A stretch of DNA of 63,544 nt, the filler included. It is 5 parts of 5 records of this genome, joined end to end, with 100 filler letters (N's around TTAATTAATTAA, not from the genome) between each part and the next. Parts side by side here need not be neighbours in the genome. Positions count along the whole stretch, not along the records: positions 28,568 to 35,388 come from SRR31156797_3868; positions 35,489 to 63,544 come from SRR31156797_3878; 3 more parts are not named here. One strand, given 5' to 3'. The position numbers and the translations under genes were made by a program. Of the stretch, positions 29,101 through 39,849 are shown piece by piece (position 1 is the first letter of the stretch; each line of letters starts with the position of its first letter). The notes under the pieces were generated by a model, which saw nothing but the letters and a program-made list of their open reading frames with translations, did no database searches and was not told the DNA's origin.

Positions 29101-30819
29101 TTGGTGAAAGCTATGAAACACATCCCTGTTCTGTTTTTGGTAATATTCAGTTTTTCTTCAATTTTTTGTGAAGGACATCCTGTTCATAAAGAGGAAAAAG
29201 TAGTCAGGACGGGTAGCATCAGTGCTGTTTATCTGACAGGGATCGGTTGTCCGAACTGTGCAAAGACAGATCCCGTGCTTCTTAAAGAAACGCTCAATAA
29301 AATACCAGAGTTATATCTTTTTGAGTATGAGGTTTATAAGCAGAAGAAACATAACAGGGAAATTGCTCTTGGATATTTTAAGAACTATTTTCCGGATGAA
29401 AGCAGCGCTATTCCAACTCTTGTTGTAAATGACGAATATCGTGACATGGGAAAGTGGAATGTGTTTGCACTTGCTGAAGATATAGAGCTTTTAAAAGAGG
29501 CTCCCTTTCCAATGATAGATGGAAAAACTTACACAAAATTTGAAGACCTGGATATTACAAAACTTCCGGGAAAACCCAAGATCTGGCACTTGAACAGAGT
29601 TCTTGTGAAAATGAAGGATGGCGGAGATAATGAAACTCTTAAGAAATTACTTTCCACCAAATCCATAAAGAAAGTTCTTAAATCTGTTAAGCATAAGAAA
29701 CTTAAACCGCAGGATGTAGCGATCTCAAAGGGCAAGATCTCATTTAACAATGCTGTAATGGTTGGTGGCTGGAAGTTTTTGTGGAGAACCGGTACTGGAA
29801 AAAAATTCATAAAACCGCCAAAAGGCCTGACAGATGTAATGGCTGGAAAACAAGTTGTTATTAAAGAGGACAATGTTTTTAATCCTTTTGGAATTGCAGC
29901 ACTTATAATTGCTCTGGTTTTGGCAATTTTCTTTCTTATTGACAGGCATAATTTAAAGAAAAACGGAATCTTGCCGGGCTTTACGGACAAACAGAAAAAT
30001 ATGGTAGTAGTCGGACTTTCTCTTGCATTCCTCGCAGGATTTTTCGCTGTTGCCAAGATCGTCTCTCCCGAGTTTTTAAAAGAAATGGGATATACGTTGC
30101 CACTTCCTGTCTTTACGTTCATGATAGCGGTCGTGGATGGCTTTAATCCATGTAATATGTTCGTCCTTACCTTCCTTTTGGCTCTAATGGTCTCAGTTTC
30201 TCATTCAAGACTGAGAATTTACACAGTCGGATACACTTTTGTTATTGTTGTTTATATTATCTATTTCCTGTTTATGGCGGCTTGGCTGAATATTTTTAAG
30301 TATATCGGTTTTATTGATCCACTTCGAATATCAATTGCCGTTATCGCTCTTATTGCAGGCGCAATTAACTGTAAAGAACTATTCTTTTTTAAAAAAGGTG
30401 TTTCGCTTACTACTTCTGATAAAGGTGCAAACTTCCTTCAGAAAAAAGCGCGCAATATGAAAGAGACGATCAAGAATGGAACAATGCCTATGCTCATCGT
30501 TTCATCAATTGTTCTTGCATTTTTTGCTTCATTGATCGAACTTCCATGCACTGCAGGCTTTCCAATTGTGTACACAAGTATTCTTTCAGGAATGAAGATA
30601 GCAAGCGGATCTTTTTTCTATTACTTCTGGATCGCAATTTATAACTTATTCTATGTTATTCCTCTTGCTGTCATCATTGGAGTTTTCGGATACACATTCA
30701 GAGGAAAGGCAATTTCAGAAAAGACAGTTCAGAGAATTAAGTTTATCGGTGGATTTATAATGCTTCTTCTTGGAATTGTTCTTCTTGTGAATCCTCAAAT
30801 GATAGGAATTGGAATGTAG
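29101..30819 (+). CDS. Thioredoxin-like (CPNC) domain fused to CcdA/DsbD-like transmembrane domain
   Basis: Signal peptide, GCPNC; membrane domain with DGFNPC and IELPCTAG Pro-Cys pair. Start probably ATG 29113. Confidence 0.75.
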   Translation: MVKAMKHIPVLFLVIFSFSSIFCEGHPVHKEEKVVRTGSISAVYLTGIGCPNCAKTDPVLLKETLNKIPELYLFEYEVYKQKKHNREIALGYFKNYFPDESSAIPTLVVNDEYRDMGKWNVFALAEDIELLKEAPFPMIDGKTYTKFEDLDITKLPGKPKIWHLNRVLVKMKDGGDNETLKKLLSTKSIKKVLKSVKHKKLKPQDVAISKGKISFNNAVMVGGWKFLWRTGTGKKFIKPPKGLTDVMAGKQVVIKEDNVFNPFGIAALIIALVLAIFFLIDRHNLKKNGILPGFTDKQKNMVVVGLSLAFLAGFFAVAKIVSPEFLKEMGYTLPLPVFTFMIAVVDGFNPCNMFVLTFLLALMVSVSHSRLRIYTVGYTFVIVVYIIYFLFMAAWLNIFKYIGFIDPLRISIAVIALIAGAINCKELFFFKKGVSLTTSDKGANFLQKKARNMKETIKNGTMPMLIVSSIVLAFFASLIELPCTAGFPIVYTSILSGMKIASGSFFYYFWIAIYNLFYVIPLAVIIGVFGYTFRGKAISEKTVQRIKFIGGFIMLLLGIVLLVNPQMIGIGM

Positions 30820-30820
30820 C

Positions 30821-32512
30821 TTACTTTTCCATTACTCCTGATGGAACAATAATAAGAACATCTCTTGAATCAAGAATAGTAGTTTCATCACCATAGACGT
30901 CAATCCTTGCCTTAAAAACAGGAGTCTGGTCTTTGGCAGGAATACAGAAAGAGTTTTCAAAAACCACATCAAAAAGAACCTGCGTTCCAGGAAGAACATC
31001 AATAAAAGTTGTTGGATCTATTGAGCCCACGTTTTCAGGTGGAATTGCTTCCACTGGAGAGATCGTTTTAATAAAATCAACTGACTGATAGCCTTCACAG
31101 TCACCGTCAACATGCTCTTTTCTTGTTGACACGTTTATCTGTACATGGGCAACAAGATCAAGAACAGCGGTAACGATCTGATCGCTCATTCCACTACCGT
31201 CACTACTTATCTTATAGTTGAAGTATGCACCGGAGCCATCCTTTGAGCCGGTTCCTTCTGAAATTGCATTAAAGTCATCGGTTGAATCTCCGGAATCTAT
31301 GCCGATAAATTTGGCATTTATACTGTTCATAGCTTCGATTGCTTCAGTTTTATGAATAACCGGATCTCCGCTGGAACTGTAGCTGTTGTCAGCAAAATCC
31401 TCGTCACTTGCCATAATAAAGATTGGAAGAGAGCCAGGTCTGAAACACATTCCACCATAAGTTTCTCCCGGGCAAGCGCTACCGATAATACCTAAGTTGT
31501 AGCCGTCTACATTGGCATTGTAAGGCATTCCGTTTGCAGTTCTCCAAAGAGCCAGTGTGTGATATTCATCAGAGCCACTGCAGTCATCAATAGTGTTAAC
31601 TGCGTTTTGGATCTCAGTTATGTCAAGCGTGATATTCTGCTGAATAAAATAAGGTGTATCTTGAAGTGTTCCAAATTTAACAAGTCCAAATCCAGTGTTT
31701 GGGATCTCAGCTTTTACACCATTAATAATAACGTTGTTAATTCCCTGCTTAAGGTTGCTGTGTTCTCCGCCCATTGATCCTGAAAGGTCAACAAGGATGG
31801 CGATATCTGCCTGCTGGATATCAGTTTTAAAATTAAGTGTTTCTGTAAGTTCAAACTGTGGTTTATATGGTAAAATTACATAAAAAACGTCTTCAGGGAT
31901 CACATCCGCTGAACTGGTTGGATCCGTGCCGTAGGCGATCTCAGCAAGATCATCGTATCCATCGCCATCTGTATCTTTTTTTGTAGGATCAGTTCCGTAC
32001 TGAGTTTCCTGAAAGTCTGTAAGACCATCACCGTCTGAATCAGAGTTATAGGGATTTGAGCCATTGTCATGTTCAACTTTATCCGCAACTCCATCATCAT
32101 CTGAATCTTTATCCAGGCAATCCGGTGTTTCGTCGCCATCAGTATCTCTACAAGGAAATGTCGGACATTCCATACTGTTGTTGTAGCCGTCGTTATCAGC
32201 ATCACCATCTCTTTCATAACATGGATCGTTTTTGTTCGGGTCTTCTCCGGTATTTCCTGTGTTTCCAGTATTTCCGCTGTCCCCTGTATTTCCAGTATCT
32301 CCAGAATCACCAGTATTTCCTTCATCAGGATCATTAAGATAGTCGCCGGTCTTTGGATCATAGCAGCGGTTGATCTCAAGGTCACATATACGATAAGTGA
32401 GAGGACAGTCGTCATCGCTTGCACAGTAGAATTGGCTTTGTTCCGCAGTGTCTTCAGGGCCGCAACTTACCAGAATTAATGTAAAAATCAGGAAAATAAT
32501 TAGTTTTTTCAT
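30821..32512 (-). CDS. Surface lipoprotein: Cys-rich module, G-N/D-T/S repeats, TSP3-like Ca-binding repeats, vWA domain
   Basis: Lipobox LVSC; CASDDDC..C......C; DSDGDGLTD repeats; MIDAS DLSGS. Confidence 0.85.
   Translation of the reverse strand: MKKLIIFLIFTLILVSCGPEDTAEQSQFYCASDDDCPLTYRICDLEINRCYDPKTGDYLNDPDEGNTGDSGDTGNTGDSGNTGNTGNTGEDPNKNDPCYERDGDADNDGYNNSMECPTFPCRDTDGDETPDCLDKDSDDDGVADKVEHDNGSNPYNSDSDGDGLTDFQETQYGTDPTKKDTDGDGYDDLAEIAYGTDPTSSADVIPEDVFYVILPYKPQFELTETLNFKTDIQQADIAILVDLSGSMGGEHSNLKQGINNVIINGVKAEIPNTGFGLVKFGTLQDTPYFIQQNITLDITEIQNAVNTIDDCSGSDEYHTLALWRTANGMPYNANVDGYNLGIIGSACPGETYGGMCFRPGSLPIFIMASDEDFADNSYSSSGDPVIHKTEAIEAMNSINAKFIGIDSGDSTDDFNAISEGTGSKDGSGAYFNYKISSDGSGMSDQIVTAVLDLVAHVQINVSTRKEHVDGDCEGYQSVDFIKTISPVEAIPPENVGSIDPTTFIDVLPGTQVLFDVVFENSFCIPAKDQTPVFKARIDVYGDETTILDSRDVLIIVPSGVMEK
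32246..32320 (-). repeat. 9-bp degenerate coding tandem repeat, (G-N/D-T/S)8-G
   Basis: Encodes GNTGDSGDTGNTGDSGNTGNTGNTG. Confidence 0.9.
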
Positions 32513-32603
32513 TTTTTTTTACCAAGTAATTTAGTCAACACTGATAAAATTATACTTTGTAACATATAAAAATCAATGGGGAATTTGTATTTTGACGGTA
32601 TGT

Positions 32604-35388
32604 TTATTTTTCTTTGAGCATCTTATTTATATTAAATCCTGATCTTTCAGCGATTTCAAGAAGACCTGAAAGTGTTTTATATCTGGTCTTAAAAGCCTTT
32701 TTCTTTTCAGGTGCTTTTGAAGATGATCTGACGATATCAAGCACGGAAATAACGAAAAGTCCGGCAATGAAGTTGTCAAAGGATTCCTTGTTAAACCAGA
32801 GTTCGTCCTCATATTCATTGATCTGAAGAATATCTGTCATGTTTGGATCTTCAAAAACAGCAGTCAGTATCTCTTTCCCGTTTTTGAAATCTTTCCACCA
32901 GTTCTGATAGAAAACAAAAGCCCTGATGTGGCGAGTAATCTTTTGAGCGTGAAAATCACTAATATTGAGATCTTTAAAAAGTTCCATAAAAACAGTGTCA
33001 AGGCGGTATTTCAAAAAAAGCTGGTTGCTTTTCTTTCCACTATTCTTTTTCAGCTCTATCATTGAAAGTCTTGCAGTGGTTGCAAATCCAAGGACCATGA
33101 AAAAGTGATATCTATCCTGCGAAAGATTTTTAGAAAGATATTCGGCCGCCTCTTTATCGAAATTCTCAAGTTTATATTCAGGCAGGTTGATGACTGCCAG
33201 AAGATCTTTTTCAAAAAGTTCAGACACAGTAGAGTTTTTAAGTTTTCGATCTTCAAGGCGAGATAATTCTTCAATAAAAAGCGAATGGCTGGACGATATT
33301 TCTTTTAGTAATTTTTCGTTAGCAGATTTTTTCTTTGTTAAAGCCCGATACGAAAGAAGATTCTCAAAACTATCACGGTTTACTATCTTTTTAAGAGCGC
33401 AGTGGAGTTCTTCATATCTTATCTTATCAAGCTCAGTTTCAATATCACTGCATCCTTTACCATCAAGTTTTTTCCATAATTTTTTCCATAGATCAGTTTG
33501 GTCACTCACCTTTCTAAAATCTGTAAAAACATGATATTTATATGCCTCAAGAGATACAAAAAGACCATTTGCAGCTAGATCGGCACAGTTCCTGACATAT
33601 TCAAGTCCGTTTATATCTTTAAAAACAACATAATCGCTATGATCAGACGAGTTGCAGATAGTTTCACTAAGACTGCGTGATCTTGTTTCCCCGGATCGCT
33701 TATCAAGAAAGTTGCACGACATATTGATCCAGCCTGACGTGTTCCCGAAGACGTTGTTAAAGATCACAAGAGAGCTTTGACCTTCAAATTCATTTGAATA
33801 GGCTATAACATTTTCGTCAACTGAACCAGTTCCTGTATAGAAATCGTAAAGACTGAAGTTCTCAACATGAGCAAAAAGATATCGATTGTGCATCAAAGGA
33901 AAAACTTCTCTTTCATGCCTGTGAACAAGGTCCCAGTTTATTGATTCATTCCAGTATGCCCGTTTGTACTCCATGCCGTATTTTTCTGAGAATCCTTCCA
34001 CCTGTCCGTGTCCGAACATTGGAAGTCCCGGAAGAGTTGACATGCATATCGTCACACCAAAATATTTGTCAGAATCTCCAAACTGTTTTATAGCAGTTTC
34101 TTCATCAGGATTGTTTAGAAAGTTGACATGGCGCTCAAGAATATGCGGATCAAATTCAAGAACATTTTTTATCGACTGTCTGAACTTATAGTTATCTTCA
34201 TCTTTCATAAAATTCATAAAAGCGGAGTTGTAGACCCTATGCATTCCCAAGGTTCTAACGAAATATCCTTCCATAAGCCAGAACGCTTCAGCAAGAAGTA
34301 GGGTTTCCGGAGCTTCCTGAGCCACTCTGTCAACAACTTCTCTCCAGAACTCTTTTGGAAACACTTGATTGAACTCGGCTTTTGACATTGCGTGTTCAGA
34401 TCTTGAAGCAATATCTCCACCAGTTCCGGGTTCCGGAAACCAAAGTCTGTGATAGTGTTTTTTTGCTAAAGTCATTGCAGCGTCAAAGCGGATCACAGGA
34501 AAGGTTTTCGCAATTTCAATTATAGTTGAGATGACGTGTTCTCTAACATCCTCACGAAGATAATTTAGCTGAGCGGTGTCATTCCAAGGCATACATGTTC
34601 CGTCATTTCCATGATAAACGTAAAGCGTTTTTCCAGTACGAAAATCAACTCTTTTAAAAGTTACAGCTGCGTCAGTTTTGTCAAAATAATGATCGTCAAT
34701 ATAAATTCCGATATCCGGATCGCTTGAAAGATTCTCTCCGTTGTATGAATAAGCTGGAAAAGGAGGGTTGTCGCATGAAACAAACCATTCAGGATGATCG
34801 TTAAGCCATTTTGAATCAATTGCCATGTGATTTGGAACCATGTCGCTTGCAAGTCTAATCCCGTATTTCCAGGCTCTTTCTTTTAGATCCTGTAAAGCCG
34901 CTTCTCCACCAAGTTCCTCGGCGATTGTGTAGTCATGCAGTGAATATGCTGAAGCAACTGCGTCATGATTTCCCATGATCTGTTTTATTCTTTTTGAAGC
35001 TTTGCTTCTTTCCCAAAGACCGATAAGCCACAGAGTTGTAAATCCTCTCCCGGCAAGAGTTTTCAATTCATCTTCAGGTATATCTGAAAGAGTTCTGATC
35101 TCTTTGGAGTATGCTTTTGAAAGCTGGTCAAGCCAGACAAATGCGTTTTTTGCAAGCATTATTGTTCTTGGCATCCAGAATGAATCTTGAGAAAAATTCT
35201 CAACTTCCTCACCGTAACTGCTATTTTGACTAAGGGAATCCATTGTGATCATTTCACCCTGATTTCCATTTGGCGGAAAGTAAGGCTTATTTTCTTCTTT
35301 TAAAATATCAGTTGAAAGAAGCATTTTATTTGAGAAGTTTCTAATAAGCTCCATTCCCCAGTTTTTCTTAATATATCGCAATTGTTCT
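32604..35388 (-). CDS. Large GH13 alpha-amylase-family protein, 5' truncated
   Basis: DMVPNH, RFDAAM, LAEAFW, NNPDEE catalytic regions; frame open to the contig end. Confidence 0.9.
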
Positions 35389-35488
35389 NNNNNNNNNNNN
35401 NNNNNNNNNNNNNNNNNNNNNNNNNNNNNNNNTTAATTAATTAANNNNNNNNNNNNNNNNNNNNNNNNNNNNNNNNNNNNNNNNNNNN
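35389..35488. other. Artificial contig spacer
   Basis: N44-TTAATTAATTAA-N44. Confidence 0.99.
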
Positions 35489-35489
35489 A

Positions 35490-36158
35490 GATGGCGATAG
35501 CATTCCTGATTACCGTGACTTGGATTCAGACAATGATGGCATATGGGATGAAGATGAAGGAAATGTAGATAAGGATGGCGACGGAGCACCAAATTATAAG
35601 GATTTAGATTCCGATAGTGATGGTATCTCCGATGCCGAAGAAGGTGATGCGGATGTGGATAATGACGGAGATGGAAATTATTTAGATCTGGATTCCGATG
35701 CTGATGGAGTTTTAGATAGCGAAGAAGGTAATGTAGATACAGACCTGGATGGAACTCCTGATTATGCAGATACCGATTCGGATGACGATGGCGTTTTAGA
35801 TGGAGATGAATCCACCGGAGATTGCGACAACGACGGTGTGCCTAACAGATTGGATGAAGATAAATGTTACACAGAAGAAGATCTTCCACTATACGAAGGT
35901 TTCTCTCCGAATGGTGACGGAGAAAATGATGTGTATTACATCGAATGGTTAAATCAATATACGAAAGTAAGTATCGAAATATTTAACCGTTGGGGTAACA
36001 TTGTTTACAAACAAACCAAATACGAAAATAACTGGAATGGTGAATCAAATGTTGGTTTCAGCATTGGTAAAGAACTTCCGGTAGGTACATATTATTATAT
36101 CATTCATATTCATGATATCAATAAAAAAATGAACGGATACATTTATCTAAATCGTTAA
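35490..36158 (+). CDS. 3' end of a T9SS cargo adhesin: 28-aa TSP3-like repeats plus type B (gliding motility-associated) CTD
   Basis: DSDxDGIxDxxEG repeats with 28-aa period; [31 protein letters not shown]. Confidence 0.93.
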   Translation, partial: DGDSIPDYRDLDSDNDGIWDEDEGNVDKDGDGAPNYKDLDSDSDGISDAEEGDADVDNDGDGNYLDLDSDADGVLDSEEGNVDTDLDGTPDYADTDSDDDGVLDGDESTGDCDNDGVPNRLDEDKCYTEEDLPLYEGFSPNGDGENDVYYIEWLNQYTKVSIEIFNRWGNIVYKQTKYENNWNGESNVGFSIGKELPVGTYYYIIHIHDINKKMNGYIYLNR

Positions 36159-36231
36159 AAATGAATAGAGGTAAGGGTAATAGAATTTAACCTGTTATCA
36201 CTTACCTCAACATTTAATAATCTGAATAATC

Positions 36232-37182
36232 ATGCAAAAAATAAAATCACTAATTAATCGTATTGGCTTGCTGACCATCTTTATTTTAGGGATGAATGCA
36301 ACAGAGACAAAAGCACAACAGGAGCCTTTGTATACCCAATATATGTTTAATACAGTTTCTGTAAATCCGGCGTACGCAGGTACCCGAAATGCTATGAATA
36401 TTCTGGCTCTGTCCAGAATTCAATGGACGGGTTTTGAGGGGGCACCCCGAACTCATAATGTAACCATGCATACGCCACTGAACAATTATAAAATGGGATT
36501 GGGGTTCTCCATTGTTTCGGATGACATTGGACCGGTTAATAATTTCTATTTCAATTTTAATTATGCCTATAGAGTTAACCTTACCGAAAAAATGATTCTT
36601 TCGATGGGAATTAAAGGAGGTATCTATAATTACAAAGTTGGTTTGAATGAGTTGGCGATACAAAGCGGAACTGATGCTTCTTTTCAAGGAGAAATAGAGC
36701 AAAAGTTACAACCCAATGCAGGTATGGGTTTATACCTGTACACCGACCGATGGTATGCTGGAGCTTCTGTTCCTAAATTAATACAAACGGATTTGGCTGG
36801 ATCATTTTCATCTGCCAGCAATTTGGGATCACTTAAGCGCCACTATTTTATTATGGCCGGATATGTATTTGATATCAACCAGGATGTAAAATTTAAACCA
36901 TCATTTATTAATAAAGTGGTGGAAGGTGCTCCTCCTTCAACAGATATTACAGCGCAGGTTCTGTATCTCAATAAATATTGGTTAGGTGCTACCTATCGTA
37001 TTGGAGATGCTGTGGCCTTTTTAGCCAATATCCAATTAAACAAACAGTTGATGGTAGGATATTCCTATGATTTCTCCGTTTCGGGTTTAGGAAGCTATAA
37101 TAGCGGATCTCACGAAATAATCATCAGTTATGATTTTGACGGATTCCTGAAAAATAAAGTGATTTCACCAAGATATTTTTAG
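36232..37182 (+). CDS. PorP/SprF-family T9SS outer-membrane protein
   Basis: QQEPLYTQYMFN..NPAYAG, RxQW.G.EGAP, GYSYD, GSHEI; directly after a type B CTD gene. Confidence 0.95.
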   Translation: MQKIKSLINRIGLLTIFILGMNATETKAQQEPLYTQYMFNTVSVNPAYAGTRNAMNILALSRIQWTGFEGAPRTHNVTMHTPLNNYKMGLGFSIVSDDIGPVNNFYFNFNYAYRVNLTEKMILSMGIKGGIYNYKVGLNELAIQSGTDASFQGEIEQKLQPNAGMGLYLYTDRWYAGASVPKLIQTDLAGSFSSASNLGSLKRHYFIMAGYVFDINQDVKFKPSFINKVVEGAPPSTDITAQVLYLNKYWLGATYRIGDAVAFLANIQLNKQLMVGYSYDFSVSGLGSYNSGSHEIIISYDFDGFLKNKVISPRYF

Positions 37183-37316
37183 AGAGTAGATAATTGACAA
37201 TAGACATTAGATTGATAAGTATGAATTGTGAGATGAGAATAGAAACTTTTCCGAATCATTTATATTGGAAAAACCCTGTGTCTCCGTGTCTCTGTGTTTA
37301 TTAATCTTAATACTAA

Positions 37317-39527
37317 ATGCTAAAGAAAATGAGATTTATTACATGCATCATAATTGCCTTGGTAATCCAACTTACATTACCAGCGCAATCTTATAAAAAT
37401 AAGCTTGATAGTCTGATAACCACTTTCAGGATTGCTCAGGCAGGCAAAGCATACGAAAATCTGGCTTATGCCAAAGCAATTAAACGATACGAAAAACTGA
37501 GCGAAACCAGGGAGCTTTCCGATTCTGTGATGGGAATATTAGGTGAAGCCTATTTAAAAGTGGGACAAACCATTAAAAGTGAGCAGGTATTGGGCTATGT
37601 TTCTGAAAAGAATTTAAGCGATGATCAGCTGTTTTTGTACGCCATGGCACTAAAATATAATGGTAAATATGCGGAGGCTGACAGAATGATTGAAAAGTAT
37701 GAAACAAGAAAACCGGATGACTCAAGAGCCAAGGAGCTTTTAAATGCGCTACCTAAAATCGAAAAAATACTTTCCGAAGAAAGATATCTTATTCAGGAGG
37801 TGGATTTTAATTCAGAGGAATCAGATTTTGCACCATTTGTGTTCGAGAATCAAGTGTATTTCTCTTCTGCGCGCGATTTAGATTATATTATCAAACGTGA
37901 GTATGCCTGGAAAGAAACCCCGTATTTAAATGTATTGTTATCTAAAATTAAAGAAGGCAATGTGTTTTCAAATCCAACACTATTTTCTACGGATTTAAGA
38001 AGTATGTATCATGACGGACCTGTGTTTTTTAGTAAGGATGGGCAAGAGCTGTTTATTACCCGCAACAGCTGGCATACTTTTGTCGATAACCTGACCAGTA
38101 AAAAAGGTAAGTATAATAATTTGCGTATTCTTCGCTCTGTGAAGGCGGCTGATGGTTCATGGATGAAACCAGAGGAATTACCGTTTAACAACAAGGAGTA
38201 CTCTTGCGGGCATGCTTGTTTATCTCCGGATGGAAACACCTTGTATTTTACATCAAATATGTCAGGCAGTATTGGAGGAACAGATATCTACTATGTAAAA
38301 AGAGATGGTGACAATTGGGGAGAACCTGTTAATTTGGGAGCAGACATCAATACTGAAGGTGACGAAATGTTTCCATTTATGCATGAGAGTGGAAGATTAT
38401 ATTTTGCTTCCAATGGAAGAGTCGGGGTCGGCGGTTTAGATATGTATGTGGCCGAAGAAAAAGGAAGTGGATTTGCAGTGAAAAACATGGGATATCCAAT
38501 CAATACCGAAAAGGACGATTTTGGAATTTATCTGGCAGAAGATGGTGTCAATGGTTACTTTTCTTCTAACCGTGAAGGAGGAGAAGGCGACGATGATATA
38601 TACCGATTCAAGGTTTTAAAAGATATCTCATTTAAAAAAGGTTTAAAGGGTAAGTTAATTGATAAAAATACACGCCAGATTATAGCCAATACACCGGTGA
38701 AATTAACAGGACCGGATGGTAGTTTAATTGCAGAAGTAAGCACTGATGCAGAAGGGTTGTTGGTAGCTGAGGTAGATGATATAGCAAGCATTACTGCAGA
38801 TGTGAATATTCCAGCTTATTTCCCTTATTCAGAAACTATTGCACTAACCTCGGAAACAGCTGAATTTGAAATGGCCTTAATTCCTCGTCCTTTCTGGGGA
38901 ATTTATGGTAATGTATTTTTATTGCCGGATATGACGCCAATTGCTGAAGTTTCACTTCGCATGGAAGCTAAAAATGGAGATATAGCTACCATCATAAGTG
39001 GTGCGGATGGTAAGTTTAAAACAAAGCTGGATGCCAATACTGACTACGATCTGGTATTTACCAAAAAAGGATTCTTTACCAAACGTATGCCTTATACCAC
39101 AGTTGGCCGTGATACCGGATATGTAAATATCAACGAATTTATGCAGTTGGAACTGGAAAAAGCAGAGGTTGGTAAAAGTATTGAGATAATGATACTTTAT
39201 GACCTTGGAAAATGGAACATTAGAGAGGATGCGGCCGTAGAATTAGACGATATGATCCAGTTCCTGAAGGATAACCCGGATATTAAAATTGAGTTAGGTT
39301 CACATACCGATGCCAGGGGTTCTTCTAAATCGAACCAGATTTTATCACAAAAACGAGCAGAGTCGGCAGTAAATTATATGGTGGAAAGAGGTATCGCACG
39401 TGAGCGTATGACTGCTAAAGGTTACGGTGAAACCAAGTTGAAAAACAGATGTGCAGACGGAGTTCCTTGTTCTGAAGAAGAACACCAGGCTAACCGACGA
39501 AGCGAAGTAACGATTGTAGCGATGTAA
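37317..39527 (+). CDS. PorE-like OmpA-family protein (TPR, PD40 propeller, carboxypeptidase-regulatory-like domains, OmpA C-terminus)
   Basis: LYFTSN..GGTDIY, INTEGDEMFP, HTDARG, LSQKRAES, NRRSE. Confidence 0.92.
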   Translation: MLKKMRFITCIIIALVIQLTLPAQSYKNKLDSLITTFRIAQAGKAYENLAYAKAIKRYEKLSETRELSDSVMGILGEAYLKVGQTIKSEQVLGYVSEKNLSDDQLFLYAMALKYNGKYAEADRMIEKYETRKPDDSRAKELLNALPKIEKILSEERYLIQEVDFNSEESDFAPFVFENQVYFSSARDLDYIIKREYAWKETPYLNVLLSKIKEGNVFSNPTLFSTDLRSMYHDGPVFFSKDGQELFITRNSWHTFVDNLTSKKGKYNNLRILRSVKAADGSWMKPEELPFNNKEYSCGHACLSPDGNTLYFTSNMSGSIGGTDIYYVKRDGDNWGEPVNLGADINTEGDEMFPFMHESGRLYFASNGRVGVGGLDMYVAEEKGSGFAVKNMGYPINTEKDDFGIYLAEDGVNGYFSSNREGGEGDDDIYRFKVLKDISFKKGLKGKLIDKNTRQIIANTPVKLTGPDGSLIAEVSTDAEGLLVAEVDDIASITADVNIPAYFPYSETIALTSETAEFEMALIPRPFWGIYGNVFLLPDMTPIAEVSLRMEAKNGDIATIISGADGKFKTKLDANTDYDLVFTKKGFFTKRMPYTTVGRDTGYVNINEFMQLELEKAEVGKSIEIMILYDLGKWNIREDAAVELDDMIQFLKDNPDIKIELGSHTDARGSSKSNQILSQKRAESAVNYMVERGIARERMTAKGYGETKLKNRCADGVPCSEEEHQANRRSEVTIVAM

Positions 39528-39652
39528 GTTAGTTGATTGGTCAATAGTTGATAGTCATTAGCAAAATAGAAGTTTGCATTTATTGAAATTACTAAAAAAT
39601 ATTGTCGCCTATTGTTGATTGGAGGGTAGGATGATTGGGCGACCAGAGAGAG

Positions 39653-39680
39653 AAAAGGGAGGCGAAAGCTTCCCTTTTTT
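39653..39680 (+). terminator. Intrinsic terminator after the T9SS cargo operon
   Basis: AAAAGGGAGGC-GAAA-GCTTCCCTTTTTT. Confidence 0.85.
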
Positions 39681-39812
39681 GGTATAGTTTAATTCGCATC
39701 TATGTTGGTTTGGAGAATAGAATTTTTAAAGTAAACAAGTGTATTACAGGAATGCCTATGTAGAATATCCGGATTCGAATCCATCACTTCATGCAATCTA
39801 TTGCTAATTTGT

Positions 39813-39820
39813 TATCTTTG
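39813..39820 (+). promoter_or_regulatory. Bacteroidota -7 promoter element upstream of holB
   Basis: TATCTTTG matches TAnnTTTG, 29 nt before the ATG. Confidence 0.6.
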
Positions 39821-39849
39821 GCAGATTGCAAAATTAACGCGCTTCGCAA

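Noticed and set aside
35490-35860. 84-bp periodic repeats as a possible CRISPR-like array
   Set aside because: In-frame degenerate coding repeats of Ca-binding TSP3-like units; no conserved repeat/unique spacer structure anywhere in the window.
39604-39680. Two hairpins upstream of holB as a riboswitch
   Set aside because: No aptamer signature recognised; they follow the OmpA gene, and a separate promoter element lies downstream at 39813.
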